Source: Azolla caroliniana
Lineage: Eukaryota; Plantae; Polypodiophyta
NCBI GenBank assembly: GCA_043228905.1
Contig: JBHGNT010000009.1
Span: 12,586,001 to 12,650,000, forward strand
Length of the DNA: 64,000 nucleotides
Direction of reading: 5' to 3'
This document shows, one piece after another, positions 23,243-33,963 of the stretch; position 1 is the first letter of the stretch, and every line of letters starts with the position of its first letter. The notes under the pieces were generated by a model. That model saw nothing but the letters and a program-made list of their open reading frames with translations. It searched no databases and was not told the DNA's origin. Made by a program: the position numbers and the translations under genes.

Positions 23243-26200
23243 TTACTTGCCCGTTGGTCCTATCGGACCCTTACCGGCCTCATTCTCCCCAGTTACCGGC
23301 TCGCCGTCTCTGCCGTCTTGGTGGTTGCCGTTTCCCTCATAGGTTGCCGTTTCCGCTCCCGTGTCGGTCCTTTGCTCAAATGGGTTTTTGGGCATCGGTC
23401 CTCTATATGGCTTCAATCGGAATCCGTTGACCCATTTGCCTAGCACTTCGCCGGCAAGTGTCCCTAACTGGTAGGACCCATTATACTCACGTGTCAGCCA
23501 ATACGGGCCGGTCCATCTAAACCGTAGTTTACCCGGCATCTTGCCCATCCGGGTTTGAAATACTAACACCGGCTTGCCGATTGCAAACATTTTTTCATTT
23601 CCTTTCCTGTGCCGGTCGACAAATTTCCGTCGCCGTTGTTCCAATTCTAAGTGCAGGATGCTTGCCAGTCGTTGTTCCTCGAGTTCACACAGTGCTGTTA
23701 ATCGTATTGCCTCCGACTCCTTCTCGTTCAACCGTTCGCGTAACTGGATCCGTAAGCTGGGTACTTGGAATTCCACCGGCATTACCGCCTCTAGTCCGAA
23801 CGCTAACCGGAACAGTGTTGTTCGGATGCTCGTTTTATATGCCGTCCGGTATGCCCAAAGCGCGCTATGTAGCTTGGTATCCTAATCCGTTCGGTTTTCG
23901 TTGACGATCTTCCGGAGGATATTCTGGAGCGTTTTGTTCGTCGATTCAACTAACCCGTTTGCTTGCGGATAGTATGGTGTGCTCCGTTTATGGACAACGA
24001 CATAGAATGTTGTCAGGCTTTCAACTACTTGGCCGAGAAAGTGCTCCCCTTGGTCGCTTATTAATTCGATTGGGCATCCGTAACGGCACCAGATGTACTC
24101 GTATAGAAATTTTGTCGTTGACGTAGTGGTGTTGTCTCTTAAGGCTTTGGCCTCCACCCATTTTGTGCAGTAATCCATCGCGACTATGACGTACCGATTA
24201 CCTGTTCTCATTGCCGGTGGTTTGAACGGTCCAACAAAGTCCAACCCCCACTTCTGGAATGGTTCGAGTGGTAGTATAGGATGGTGTGGCATCCGAGCTT
24301 GCTCCGTTGGCTGGCCCATTCGCTGACATAGGTCACATTCATTTGCGTACCGTAAAACATCTCTTAATGTCGTTGGCCACCATAGGCCACTTTGCCATAT
24401 TTTCCTGGCTGTCACATTTCTGGCATAGTGACCTTTGACAACTCCGCAGTGGGCTTCCCTCAGTATGAGGTCCTTTTAATCGCTGCGCACAGCCCGTCTC
24501 CATATGCCGTCCGCGCCCTTGTGGTAAAGTGTGTCTTGCAGTAAGCAGAAATGTCGGCTTTGCACCGCCAGGCATTTCCGTTTGTCCCGGTTCATCTCTT
24601 CCGGAGGCAGTCCTGTGCTCAGAAACTGGTGCATGTTTGTGAGCCACTTGTCTTCCTGTGCCACCATCTCATCTGCTGCCATTTCCGTAGTGACTTGAAA
24701 CAGCTCCGCATCCGGAAACTCGTCCGCTACTCCGTCACCCGTCTCTCTGGACTCTACGCTTAAGTAATCCGCCACGACATGCTGTATACCGGGTCGGTGG
24801 AATATTTCAAACTCGAATTCCTGTAACAGTAAGGTCCACCGGGCCAACTTACCGGTGAGTGACGCCTTGGACACCAGGTAAAGGAGTGTCGAATGATCTA
24901 CATGCAAGGAAAACTTCCTTCCCAATAAACAATGCCGAAACTTTGTCACATTGTAGATCATCCCTAGAGCTTCCCGTTCCGTGGTAGAGTAGTTCCGTTC
25001 CGCTTGGGATAGCTTTCGGCTGGCATAGTACACTGGCTGGTACCACTTTGGCTCCGTAAGCTGCATCAGTACGCTTCCGATTGCGATGTCGGAGGCATCC
25101 ACGAACACATGAAATTCTTTACTCCAATCCAGAGGCTGTTCTACCGGTGCTTGCGACAATAGTACCTTGAGGGCCCTATACGCCCTATCCTCGGTGTGGG
25201 TCCACTAGAATGGTGTCCGATGTACGGCGGCATGCAACGGTGTAGCCAGGTCGGCCAAGTATCGGAGCATCCGGCTATGCCACCGGATCTGTCCTAAGAA
25301 CCGGCTCAATGCCTTTGCCGTTGCCGGCGCTGGTGCTTCTAATATGGCTTTCACTTTATCCGGGTTGACTGCAATACCTTCCTGGCTCACAATATGTCCT
25401 AATAAGGTTCCACTGGACACGCCAAATACACACTTTGCCGGATTCAAGCTTAGCCGATATACTCTACACTTTTCTAGACAAAGACGGAGGTGCTGAAAAT
25501 GGTCCCCCTCCCGGCTATAGACGGCGAAATCGTCAAGGAAAACCTGCATAAAAGCCGGGATATATTCACCAAAGATTTCCATGATGATTCGTTGAAATGT
25601 TGCCGGTGCCGTTTTGAGTCCGAACATCATCACCACGGCCACAAACACCCCCCATTCGGTGACGAAAGTCGTTTTCTTTTGGTCGTCGGGGTGCATCCGG
25701 ATCTGATTATACCCGCTGAATCCGTCTAGAAAGCTATAGACCTCATGGCCGGCGACGGCATCCAACACTCCATCTGTGAACGGAAGTGGAAACAGATCCG
25801 TTACTGTAGCCGCATTGAGTTTCCAGTAGTCCACACAAACTCGAATTTTTCCGTTCTTCTTCGGTACGACTACGATCGGGCTCAACCATGTCGCTTTCTT
25901 TACCGGACGGATAAAGCCAACTCTTAGCAGTTTGTCGATTTCCTCCTTGACTTTGGCGGCATAATTGGGATTCATCCGGTACCGTCTTTGTGCCACAGGT
26001 TTTGCATCCTTGCTCAAGTGAACCTGATGCTGGTATAACTGAGGGTCGAGTCCTCGCATGTCTTCGTATGACCAGGCGAACACGTCGCGAAATTCCGTGA
26101 GAAATGTGATCATCGCCGTTTTGTCTTCGGACTTCATCTCCTTGGCGATGTGCACCGGTTTTGCTTCGTCCGTGGTCCCTAGGTTCACTTCTTCAAGTTG

Positions 26201-29047
26201 CGACGCTTTTACGCGCTGTGAAACGACCATTTCCCGTTCCAACGCTTCCTACGCTTGCCGTAACTCCCGAATTGCGTCTTTATCCGGTTCTGCTTCAGCC
26301 TCTTCCGGCTGCGGTAAGTATGGTGCTACTGCTTCGGCAATGTCAATTTCGAAGAGGGGTATGATCTTTGGGTTTTCCTGCAAGTACTGAGCTTCTTCTT
26401 CGTCAGCTAACCCTTCTAGCATGTTGACGCACTCTGCATACAACGGTGTACATTCCTTGCCAGTGCTCATCTTTGGCTGTGTTGGTACCCGTACCTTGGC
26501 TTTTCCTCGCCGGAAGGTAATTATATTTTTCCTCCAATTCTGTTTGATATGTGCCTTTTTCAACCACGACCGCCCCAACAATAGCAGGTATGCGCCTTGT
26601 GCCTGTAATTATAGCACTACTGCCGAGATGTGAAATGTGTGACCGCCAACGGTGACTTCTAATTTTCGTATTAATTCTGTCGGCCGCACTGAGCTTGTAT
26701 CGGCCATCCGTAACCAAAACAGACACGGCTCCCACTCGTGGATTCCCAGGGCATCACACGTCCGGAGGCTTATTACATTCATACCGGAGCCTCCGTCTAT
26801 AACTGTGCCGGGGAGTTCTTTCCCTTTTACAATGGCAGTGATTACCAGACTGTTGGTGTCCACCCCCGTTGGTTCCTCCTCTGGATTCGAGAAGAGTACC
26901 GGTGCCGGTGCCGGTGATGATTCTCCTGCCGTCATGGTTGTCTTCAGTCCTTCCGTGAATCTTGGCACAAGCTGTAGGAGTCTTCCTAGTGGCAGCGTAA
27001 TCTGGCATTCTTGCAACGCCAGCCATGTCTCGTTCTCGGAGTGACTGCCGCCGGCAACCCCTACGATATTCTCCTTTTGCCGCTGTAAGTCTGTGACATT
27101 TTGCTCGTTTGCTTTTTTCACCCATTCCGTCGCTTGCTTCCGAATGGTCTCCTGCGTCTCCCATTCCTTGGCCATGCCCTTCGAACTTGTGGTCACCTGC
27201 TGCAGATCTGCCACTTCAGGGACTACCATATTTACTGCCGGTCGTTTGTCATAGCTCTTCGCCGGGCATTGATTACTATAATGGCCTTCCTGTCGGCAGT
27301 AGTAGCAATAGGCTTTCCGGGTATTGCTGGATTCGGCATTGTCTGTTGTACCCGAGGTAGGTCTCATGGTAAGCGCGGGGTTTTGGGCCGGTTGGCTGCT
27401 CGAAGCTCCTTGTTCCGGATCCCGTGGGTAGCAGCCTTTTTTGAAATGCCGTTTTTTGTTATAGTTCTTCTTATTGCGGTACTCTTGGCGAGGTTGGTCG
27501 TTATATCTGCCGTATTCCTCCTGTTGCTGATGATACCCGGGGGAGTGCTCCCGGTTGTAATGTTCGTATCGTCTATTGTAATCCCGGTACCGATCATATC
27601 TATCATGCCGGTCGTAGTTATCCCACCGATCACCGTACCAGACATCATTCTCCTGTCGATCGCCATGCCGGACATCCTGTGCCGGTCGGTCGCGGTCCAT
27701 TCGCCGCCAGCGTTCCTCTTCTTCATCCCAGCTGTTGCGTGGCTATATTTGTCGGACGGGCAGTGCTTGCCGGTTCAATAGATTATACTCGCACCTATCC
27801 GTCGTATGGCCCTTGGATTGACAGATTACAGATTGCGTCCTCATAGTGCATTCTAGTGCCGAGTGTCCGGAATTCAAGCAGGTTGTGCACTGTATTGCTT
27901 GCCGAAACCGGAGGTCTTCATCGGACGGTAACGCCCGTTGGAGTGCTCCCAGTGTGAGCCAGGAGCTTGTCTTTTCCATCTCTCTCACTCGGTCAATGAC
28001 CTGGTCGATGGTACTTGTGCGGAAGTCAATTATTGTGCACATCGTGCGTAGGGGTTCCCGGAGCGCATTCAGAAATATAGTCCGTAATTCCTCCTCTGGG
28101 GGTGCGCGGGCAAGCTGACTATGCATCCGTTGAAACCGGATGACAAACTGGGGAATGCTCTCCCCTGCCTCCTGTCGGATGGTATAAAATAAGCCCACCA
28201 TTACTGTCTGGTGCACCTCCTTTTGGAAAAAATGCAAGAATTTAGCTTTTAAATCTGCGAAGGTGGTGATGGTAGATGGGTCCTGCGTCCGACGCCATCT
28301 CGCTGCCGGTCCCTCCAATGTGACGCCAAATTCCATTATCTTAGAGCGTTCCTCTTCTTCCGGGGTCAATCGCTGGGACACATGGTTTGCTTCCCATGTC
28401 TGTTCAAAGGCGTGAACATGAGCTTCCGCGTCCGGATCATCTCTATACTTGGAGTACTGGAACGACATGTCGTCGTCCGGTATCGGTGCACGGGCTGGCG
28501 GTGTTGGTGGTTGTTCCTGGTTTTTCTCTGGTGTCGGTGGTCTTTCCTGATTTGTTTCCGGCGTCGGTGGTCTTTCCTATTCTTTTGGTGACGGAGGCCT
28601 CTCCTCCTCGACTTCCGGTGTCGGAGGTCGCTCTTCCTCTGCTGGTTCCGGAGGTTCCAGCCTTAGTAATTCCGGTTCCGGTGTGTCCGATCCTTCGTCC
28701 TCCGGTCCGCTCGGGGTTTCGTTGCTGCTACGGTAGTTCGTGTGCACGTTGTATTCCCCTTCGGAATCCGATTCATACGCTGAAAAGGCTTCTGCTTCGC
28801 CTTCTCCGCTTGCCAACGCCTGGAGAAGGGATTCGGTTTCCCGGAGGCTGCTTAGGCTGTTGCCGTCGTCCGGGTGCGAAGTTTGCTGTAACCAGAGGGA
28901 CTCCTCTGCTACTCTCCGGATTACGTTGGAAAACGAGCGATCCACTCTAATTTCCTGCGCCGCTTGCTGGAGAGCCTCACGTCTCCTTTGCCTTTCGGCA
29001 AGGCGTTGAGTTCGATCTGTAACCAGGTCGTGCGTTGATCTAGTCAT
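23243..29047 (-). pseudogene. B2 gag-pol (Gag, PR, RT, RNase H, IN) with several stops
   Basis: CYYCRQEGHYSNQC, VIDGGSG, FLDD, FVDAS, WGLDFVGP and WTGPY are colinear with the intact B4 ORF. Confidence 0.93.
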
Positions 29048-29533
29048 CCATCCGTGCCATCGTTCGCTGCAAAAACAGGAATCGTGGTCGCCAAAAATTG
29101 TGTTAACTCTTAGGGCCAGACAATGGCCTAACACAGGGTGTCTACGGAAGAAACTTCACCAAAGGGGTGTTACTGCAACAGGATTAGACTCAACGCTTAA
29201 TCCGACTTAATTAGGTTACTTAGCAAGATCGTCCTTAATAATCACACGCATAAGATATGACAATGAATGCAGAACAACAATTAACACAGAGAGATAAAAA
29301 AACTAAGCTTTATTAATTAACCGCTGCTCATTACATTGTATCCGGGCCTTTAAATAGGTTTCCGGTTTGTAGTACAAAACGGTGCCATCCGCACCTGTTC
29401 GGGATCGGTCCGGATCCGGAACGGCATACTAGTTCTGGTCTGTCCGTCCACACTCATAGCTTACTTACAACCATTCCTAATAATTAAATAACTCCCCGTT
29501 TCACACTCTAGACTCCTTTGCCGGCCGGTAACA

Positions 29534-31398
29534 GTAGTCCTGGTGCAGGTGCTCAAAATCATCGGTCTTCTACTTTATCTTTTGGTTGAGTTGCCGGCGA
29601 GTGCGGTCTTCCCGATCCTTCTATTGACGGAGTTCTTCTTTAAGTCTTTCGATCTCTGTTTCCGCCATCTGTCGCAACTTCCCCTTTTCTTGCAACGCCT
29701 TCTCTTTCTCCTCCTTCAGTCGGTCATATGCCTGATGTCCTTTCCACAGATTCTCTTCTGCCCGACGGAGGTTCTCACCAGTCTTTCTATGCTCTTCTTC
29801 TACCGCTTTCTTCAAGTCCCGTTCTCGGGTCCTTAATGCTTCTTGTGCGGCCAGTTCATCTTTCAATTCAGCAAGCTCTTCTGCTTGCGCCGCCACTATC
29901 TCCGGGACTGGTTTTGTCTCCGGGGTCTTATTGGTATGTATAGGTGACGGTGTTTCTTTATTCTGTACATCTACCGGAGTCACCGGTGCTTGGAGATGTG
30001 GTCCGGTTAAGGCCAGTTTGGCCAATTCTTCTGTGGCTAGGTCCAAGTCTTGTTCTAGGCTCCATATCCTTGACCGGGTCGTCTCTAGTTCTCCAGTTGT
30101 GACGAGCAACCGGTCCATCTGTGCTTTCTCTTCCACCTCTATGTAGTGCACCACTCCGGCAATCTATTCTCCAATCCACCGGAGCCATTGGCTACCGGTG
30201 CCCTGTTGTTGTGTTTGCCCGGAGGGTTGCCTGTTGGTGTCGCTGGCCAGTGGTCGGTTTTGTCTGGTTGCGTTGAGCTGCAACTCTGTCTCTAGTTGGT
30301 GGCCACTTTGCTGTTCTGGTTCTGGTTGCGGCTTCGTTGGCTGCTCCGCCTCTGATTGCTCTTGACTTGTACTTCCGACACTTGCATTTCGGGTCTTGTT
30401 GTATCCTGACCCGCCGGTAGAGGTTGTTGTGTAGGGAGCTCTGTGACCGGTTCTATCCGAATCGGTTTCGGTTCCACCCTTGGTGTGGGATGCTTGGTGC
30501 GGGGTAGAGGCGTTCCATCCTTCTTTGGGTCCGAACGCTCCCCGGCCTGTTCGGAGGTGCTTGCCTTTTGGCGCCGCTGGAGGTGCTCTAACGGTTCCTC
30601 CTCCGCTTCCTCCTCCTGAGTCCCGATGTTGATTTTTGCTGCCAAGGGGTCCGGCTCTTGTTGAACCGGTCGGTGAAGTTTGATCTTGATTGGCCGTGTC
30701 GGTGGCTCCTGCTGCGTTTCCTCCTGCCTCTTTCTATTGGCGCGCTCCTTTGCCGCCTGGTCCGTGTCGCCCGCCTTCCCTTTGGTTGCCTTAGAGGCCA
30801 ATAGCTGCTGCCGTTTCGAGGCCGTTTGAGGGGTGACTTCGGTTGTTCTTCCCCGCTTCGTGGTTTTGACGGGCTCGATAGGTGGCGCCAATAGAGTGAG
30901 CCATTGTGCCACTGCCGTCCATATCTTCCAACCCTCCTTGCCTCTAACAGAGTCGATGGCCGCACAGAGGCCATCCGCAATCAGTACCGGCCAGTCCACC
31001 TTCACGCCTTCATATGTTGCTATGATTAAGCTGGGTGGGTTCTGAGGCATGCACGGGGGTCGAGGGTATACATGTCCAAATTCATGGAGCACACGGGAAA
31101 TCTCTCGAAATAGTGGATCTTCGCCGCCCTGTGTCCGGTAGGCCTTGCTGGCTAGAGAGTATTCCCCAAAATATTTTCGGAGTTGCTTCGGGGTAGGGTT
31201 TTCGATAGTGAAGATGCCCCCTTCCGAAAGGCCAATCAAAGCATGGATGGCCTCCTCCGTGATCAGTTCTGTGTCGATCTCCTTTACTATCTTCTCCGCC
31301 TCCCGGTGCGGTGGAGCCTCCATGATTGTGAGGAAACCTTCTAACCCGTGTTGCCTTAGCCACTTCTTGGCTGCTTCAGAGAGTGCTTGGCAGTCCAT
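29534..31398 (-). pseudogene. B1 extra ORF, N-terminal part (C-terminal part at 18783-19712)
   Basis: MDCQALSEAAKKWL...YEGVKVDWPVLIADGL; coiled-coil piece 29621-30154; the C-terminal part ends ...EQGTLDILDEG* at 18783. Confidence 0.85.
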
Positions 31399-33353
31399 GG
31401 CTTCTTCAAGGTCGGTGACCACTGGTGAGGGGTGTGTTTGAGGAGACTCTGTGTGCGTGGGCTCACGTCTGATGATTTTCAATCGCATGTGCTCGTTTGT
31501 GCTCCTCTATTCGCGAAATGTGAAGGCTTCCACGCGGTGGGAGTTTTCTTGGTGCATGTTGCCGCCTTTTTCTGACTCGCGCGTGTGCACGTCGTGTTGT
31601 GCGGATACTTGTCTTATATGGATGTCCGATAGAGCTAATAAGTGACCAAGGTGATTCCGCTCCCCCGAGGCTGCTTAGGCTGCTTCCTTCGTTCAGGTAG
31701 TCATTTTGTTGTAAACAAAGTGACTCCTTGGCCACTCTCCGGATCACTTTGGAAAATGAGCGATCCGCTCTGATTTCTTCTACCGCTTGCTGGAAAGCCT
31801 CTCGCTTCCTCAGCCGTTCAACAAGTCTCCTTGCTCGCTCCATAACCGGGTCGTTCATTGGTCGCGTCATCCATTCCCGCCACTGTTCGCTGCGATTGTG
31901 CAGGATTCGTGGTTGCCAAAAACTGTGTTAATCCTTAGGATTGGACAATGGCCTAACACAGGGTGTCTACGAAAGACACTTCACCAAAGGGTGTTACGGC
32001 GAGATAACTTAAGACACAACGATTAATCAGAATTAATTGGCTACTTAGCAATATGGCATTAACTTAATACACGCGTAAGATATAACAATTAATACAGAAC
32101 GGTAATCAATACGTGAAGATAAAACAAGAAGCTTATATTAATTCTCCATTAAAGTTTTACATTGTAACCGGGCCTTTATATAGGTCACCGGTGCTGAGTA
32201 CAAAACGGTGCCATCCGGCACCTGTTCGGAACCGGTCCGTCCGTTCACGTCTCATAAACTACTTAATTATAATCTATTCCAAATAACCATTCCCTTTCAC
32301 ATTCTGGTCTTTAACTCCTTTTCCGACCGGGTAACAATTGTTATACCGACAGGGTACAACTGAAGAGCTAGTCAGATACACAAATGCCGACTGGACCGAT
32401 GATGCATCAAATCACCGATCCACCTCCGGATCGAGGTGCCGACCCCGATCCTGATCTACTGCGACAACATAAGCAACATACAGCTTGCCAAGAACCCCGT
32501 GTTCCATGCTCGGACAAAGCACATAGAAGTGCATTATCACTTCGTGCGTGAGCAGGTTCTGAGCGGTGAAGTCAAACTTTAGTATGTTTAGACGGATCGG
32601 CAGATTGCCGATATCTTCACCAAACCGCTCAAATCGGACAAGTTGCAACACTTCGTTGAAATGCTTGGTGTTCTGCATCTCGGCGTGCCGCACTTGAGGG
32701 GGAGAATGGGCACAAGCAAAGAAACTGCTGACGGCACCGGTGAAGGAACCGGAAAGAGAAAAACAAACAAAGGGGGAGACCAGAGGAAAAAGAGGGCCAA
32801 GTCAACGAAGGGAGTCGGCACATTTGAACAAGTCAGAACGAGCGGCAGAGGCGGCAGAGTCAAGAAGGACAGAGTCGACTGGAAGGAGAAGGCCAAGACC
32901 CGGACATGGTGTGATGTGGTGAAAGGCCTGAAACCGGAAGACGAGTTGGAGAACACCAACTCGGAGAAGAGCTTGAACGAATCAGGACTGACCGATTTAG
33001 ACAAGAGTTAGAACGAATCGGAGGAAGCTGATTCAGTTCAAGATTCGGAGAATCCGGATCAACTAAAGGCCAACCGGGTGAGAAGGTAGCGGAAGTCGAC
33101 ATCGACATGGAGGAACTGATGGATCAACAAGCGTCGGAGTCATAACAGCGAAGGAGCTGAACTGGGCTTGTTGAACACACAAGCCGACCAAGGAGGTCAA
33201 GGTACGCAGTACCGGGAGGGTCGCAGGAAGTGGAACCAGACCAGACGACGAGTGCGAGCAAGACGGGAGGACGTAAGAAGGAGCTGGAGGAAAGGACCGG
33301 CTACCACAGACACTCACACCACGATCCGACCTTAAGTTGAGCTTGAGGGGGAG

Positions 33354-33692
33354 TATTGAGCGAGCAAGCTCAACCGGATCCGGATTGGTATCCGGATGAT
33401 ATCCGGAACAATGAGCCAGATCGGTATTCGGAAACAAGAGCCGGATCGGTATCCGAATACAACCGGCCGGATCGGGGAGATGGATCAAAGAGCCGGATTC
33501 GAGTGCGAACCAGAAGCCTAGTAGTAGCCTAGACTACTAGGTAATCATTGGCTCGTAGTTAGTGTTAGTCACACGTAGGCATATTGAAGTACCTGTCAAT
33601 ACTTTTGTCAGTCCTTTATGGACTTGTATAAAAGTGCTCTCTGAGCACATTCTATGTACACAGAGTATTGTCATTTTGAATCAAGTTTATGT

Positions 33693-33735
<43 letters not shown>

Positions 33736-33840
33736 CCACGCGTATTCTTTGTGTTAAGTTCTCCATTAAACCTTTTCTCATTTTCTGTCGTTATCCGGTC
33801 GAGCCGGTCTGTCTAACGCTTCCGCACACTAACTTTCACA
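33354..33840 (+). repeat. 3' LTR of A2, containing a (CT)n tract at about 33696-33733
   Basis: Follows PPT TTGAGGGGGAG; starts TATTGAG and ends ttcaCA. Confidence 0.9.
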
Positions 33841-33926
33841 TTATACATGAATTATCAACATATTATGCAGTAGTACATAAGAAAAGTACTCCATACTACC
33901 CTCAAGCTAATGGGCTAGCAAAATCC
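33841..33926 (+). pseudogene. Short old gypsy integrase fragment
   Basis: ELSTYYAVVHKKSTPYYPQANGLAKS matches the B-family integrase but is AT-rich and on the opposite strand. Confidence 0.8.
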
Positions 33927-33963
33927 ACTATAGACAGAAAATGTCATCTTTTGAATGGATAAG

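Larger units (their letters stand above)
19895..29533 (-). mobile_element. Ty3/gypsy B2, near full length, nested in the B1 extra ORF
   Basis: 5' LTR 29101-29533, PBS TGGCGACCACG (29078-29093), gag-pol, extra ORF and truncated 3' LTR 19895-20088. Confidence 0.93.
18319..32336 (-). mobile_element. Ty3/gypsy B1, non-autonomous deletion derivative that hosts B2
   Basis: 411-bp LTRs 18319-18729 and 31926-32336 (about 16 differences by eye), TSD ATTGT on both sides, PBS near 31903-31918. Only the gag N-terminus and the extra ORF are retained. Confidence 0.93.
16031..33840 (+). mobile_element. Ty1/copia element A2, 5'-truncated, split by gypsy B1 (own sequence 16031-18318 and 32337-33840)
   Basis: RT motifs YKARLVAKG, QMDVKNAFLQG, SLYGLKQAPRAW and LLYVDD. 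The frame resumes after B1 (RGLLY...ADW). PPT at 33343-33353 and 3' LTR 33354-33840. Confidence 0.93.

Noticed and set aside
8430-33840. LTRs 8430-8862 and 33354-33840 as the two ends of one element
   Set aside because: Flanks differ (TAACC versus TTATA), the LTRs are diverged, and the protease-to-RT region occurs twice (A1 and A2).
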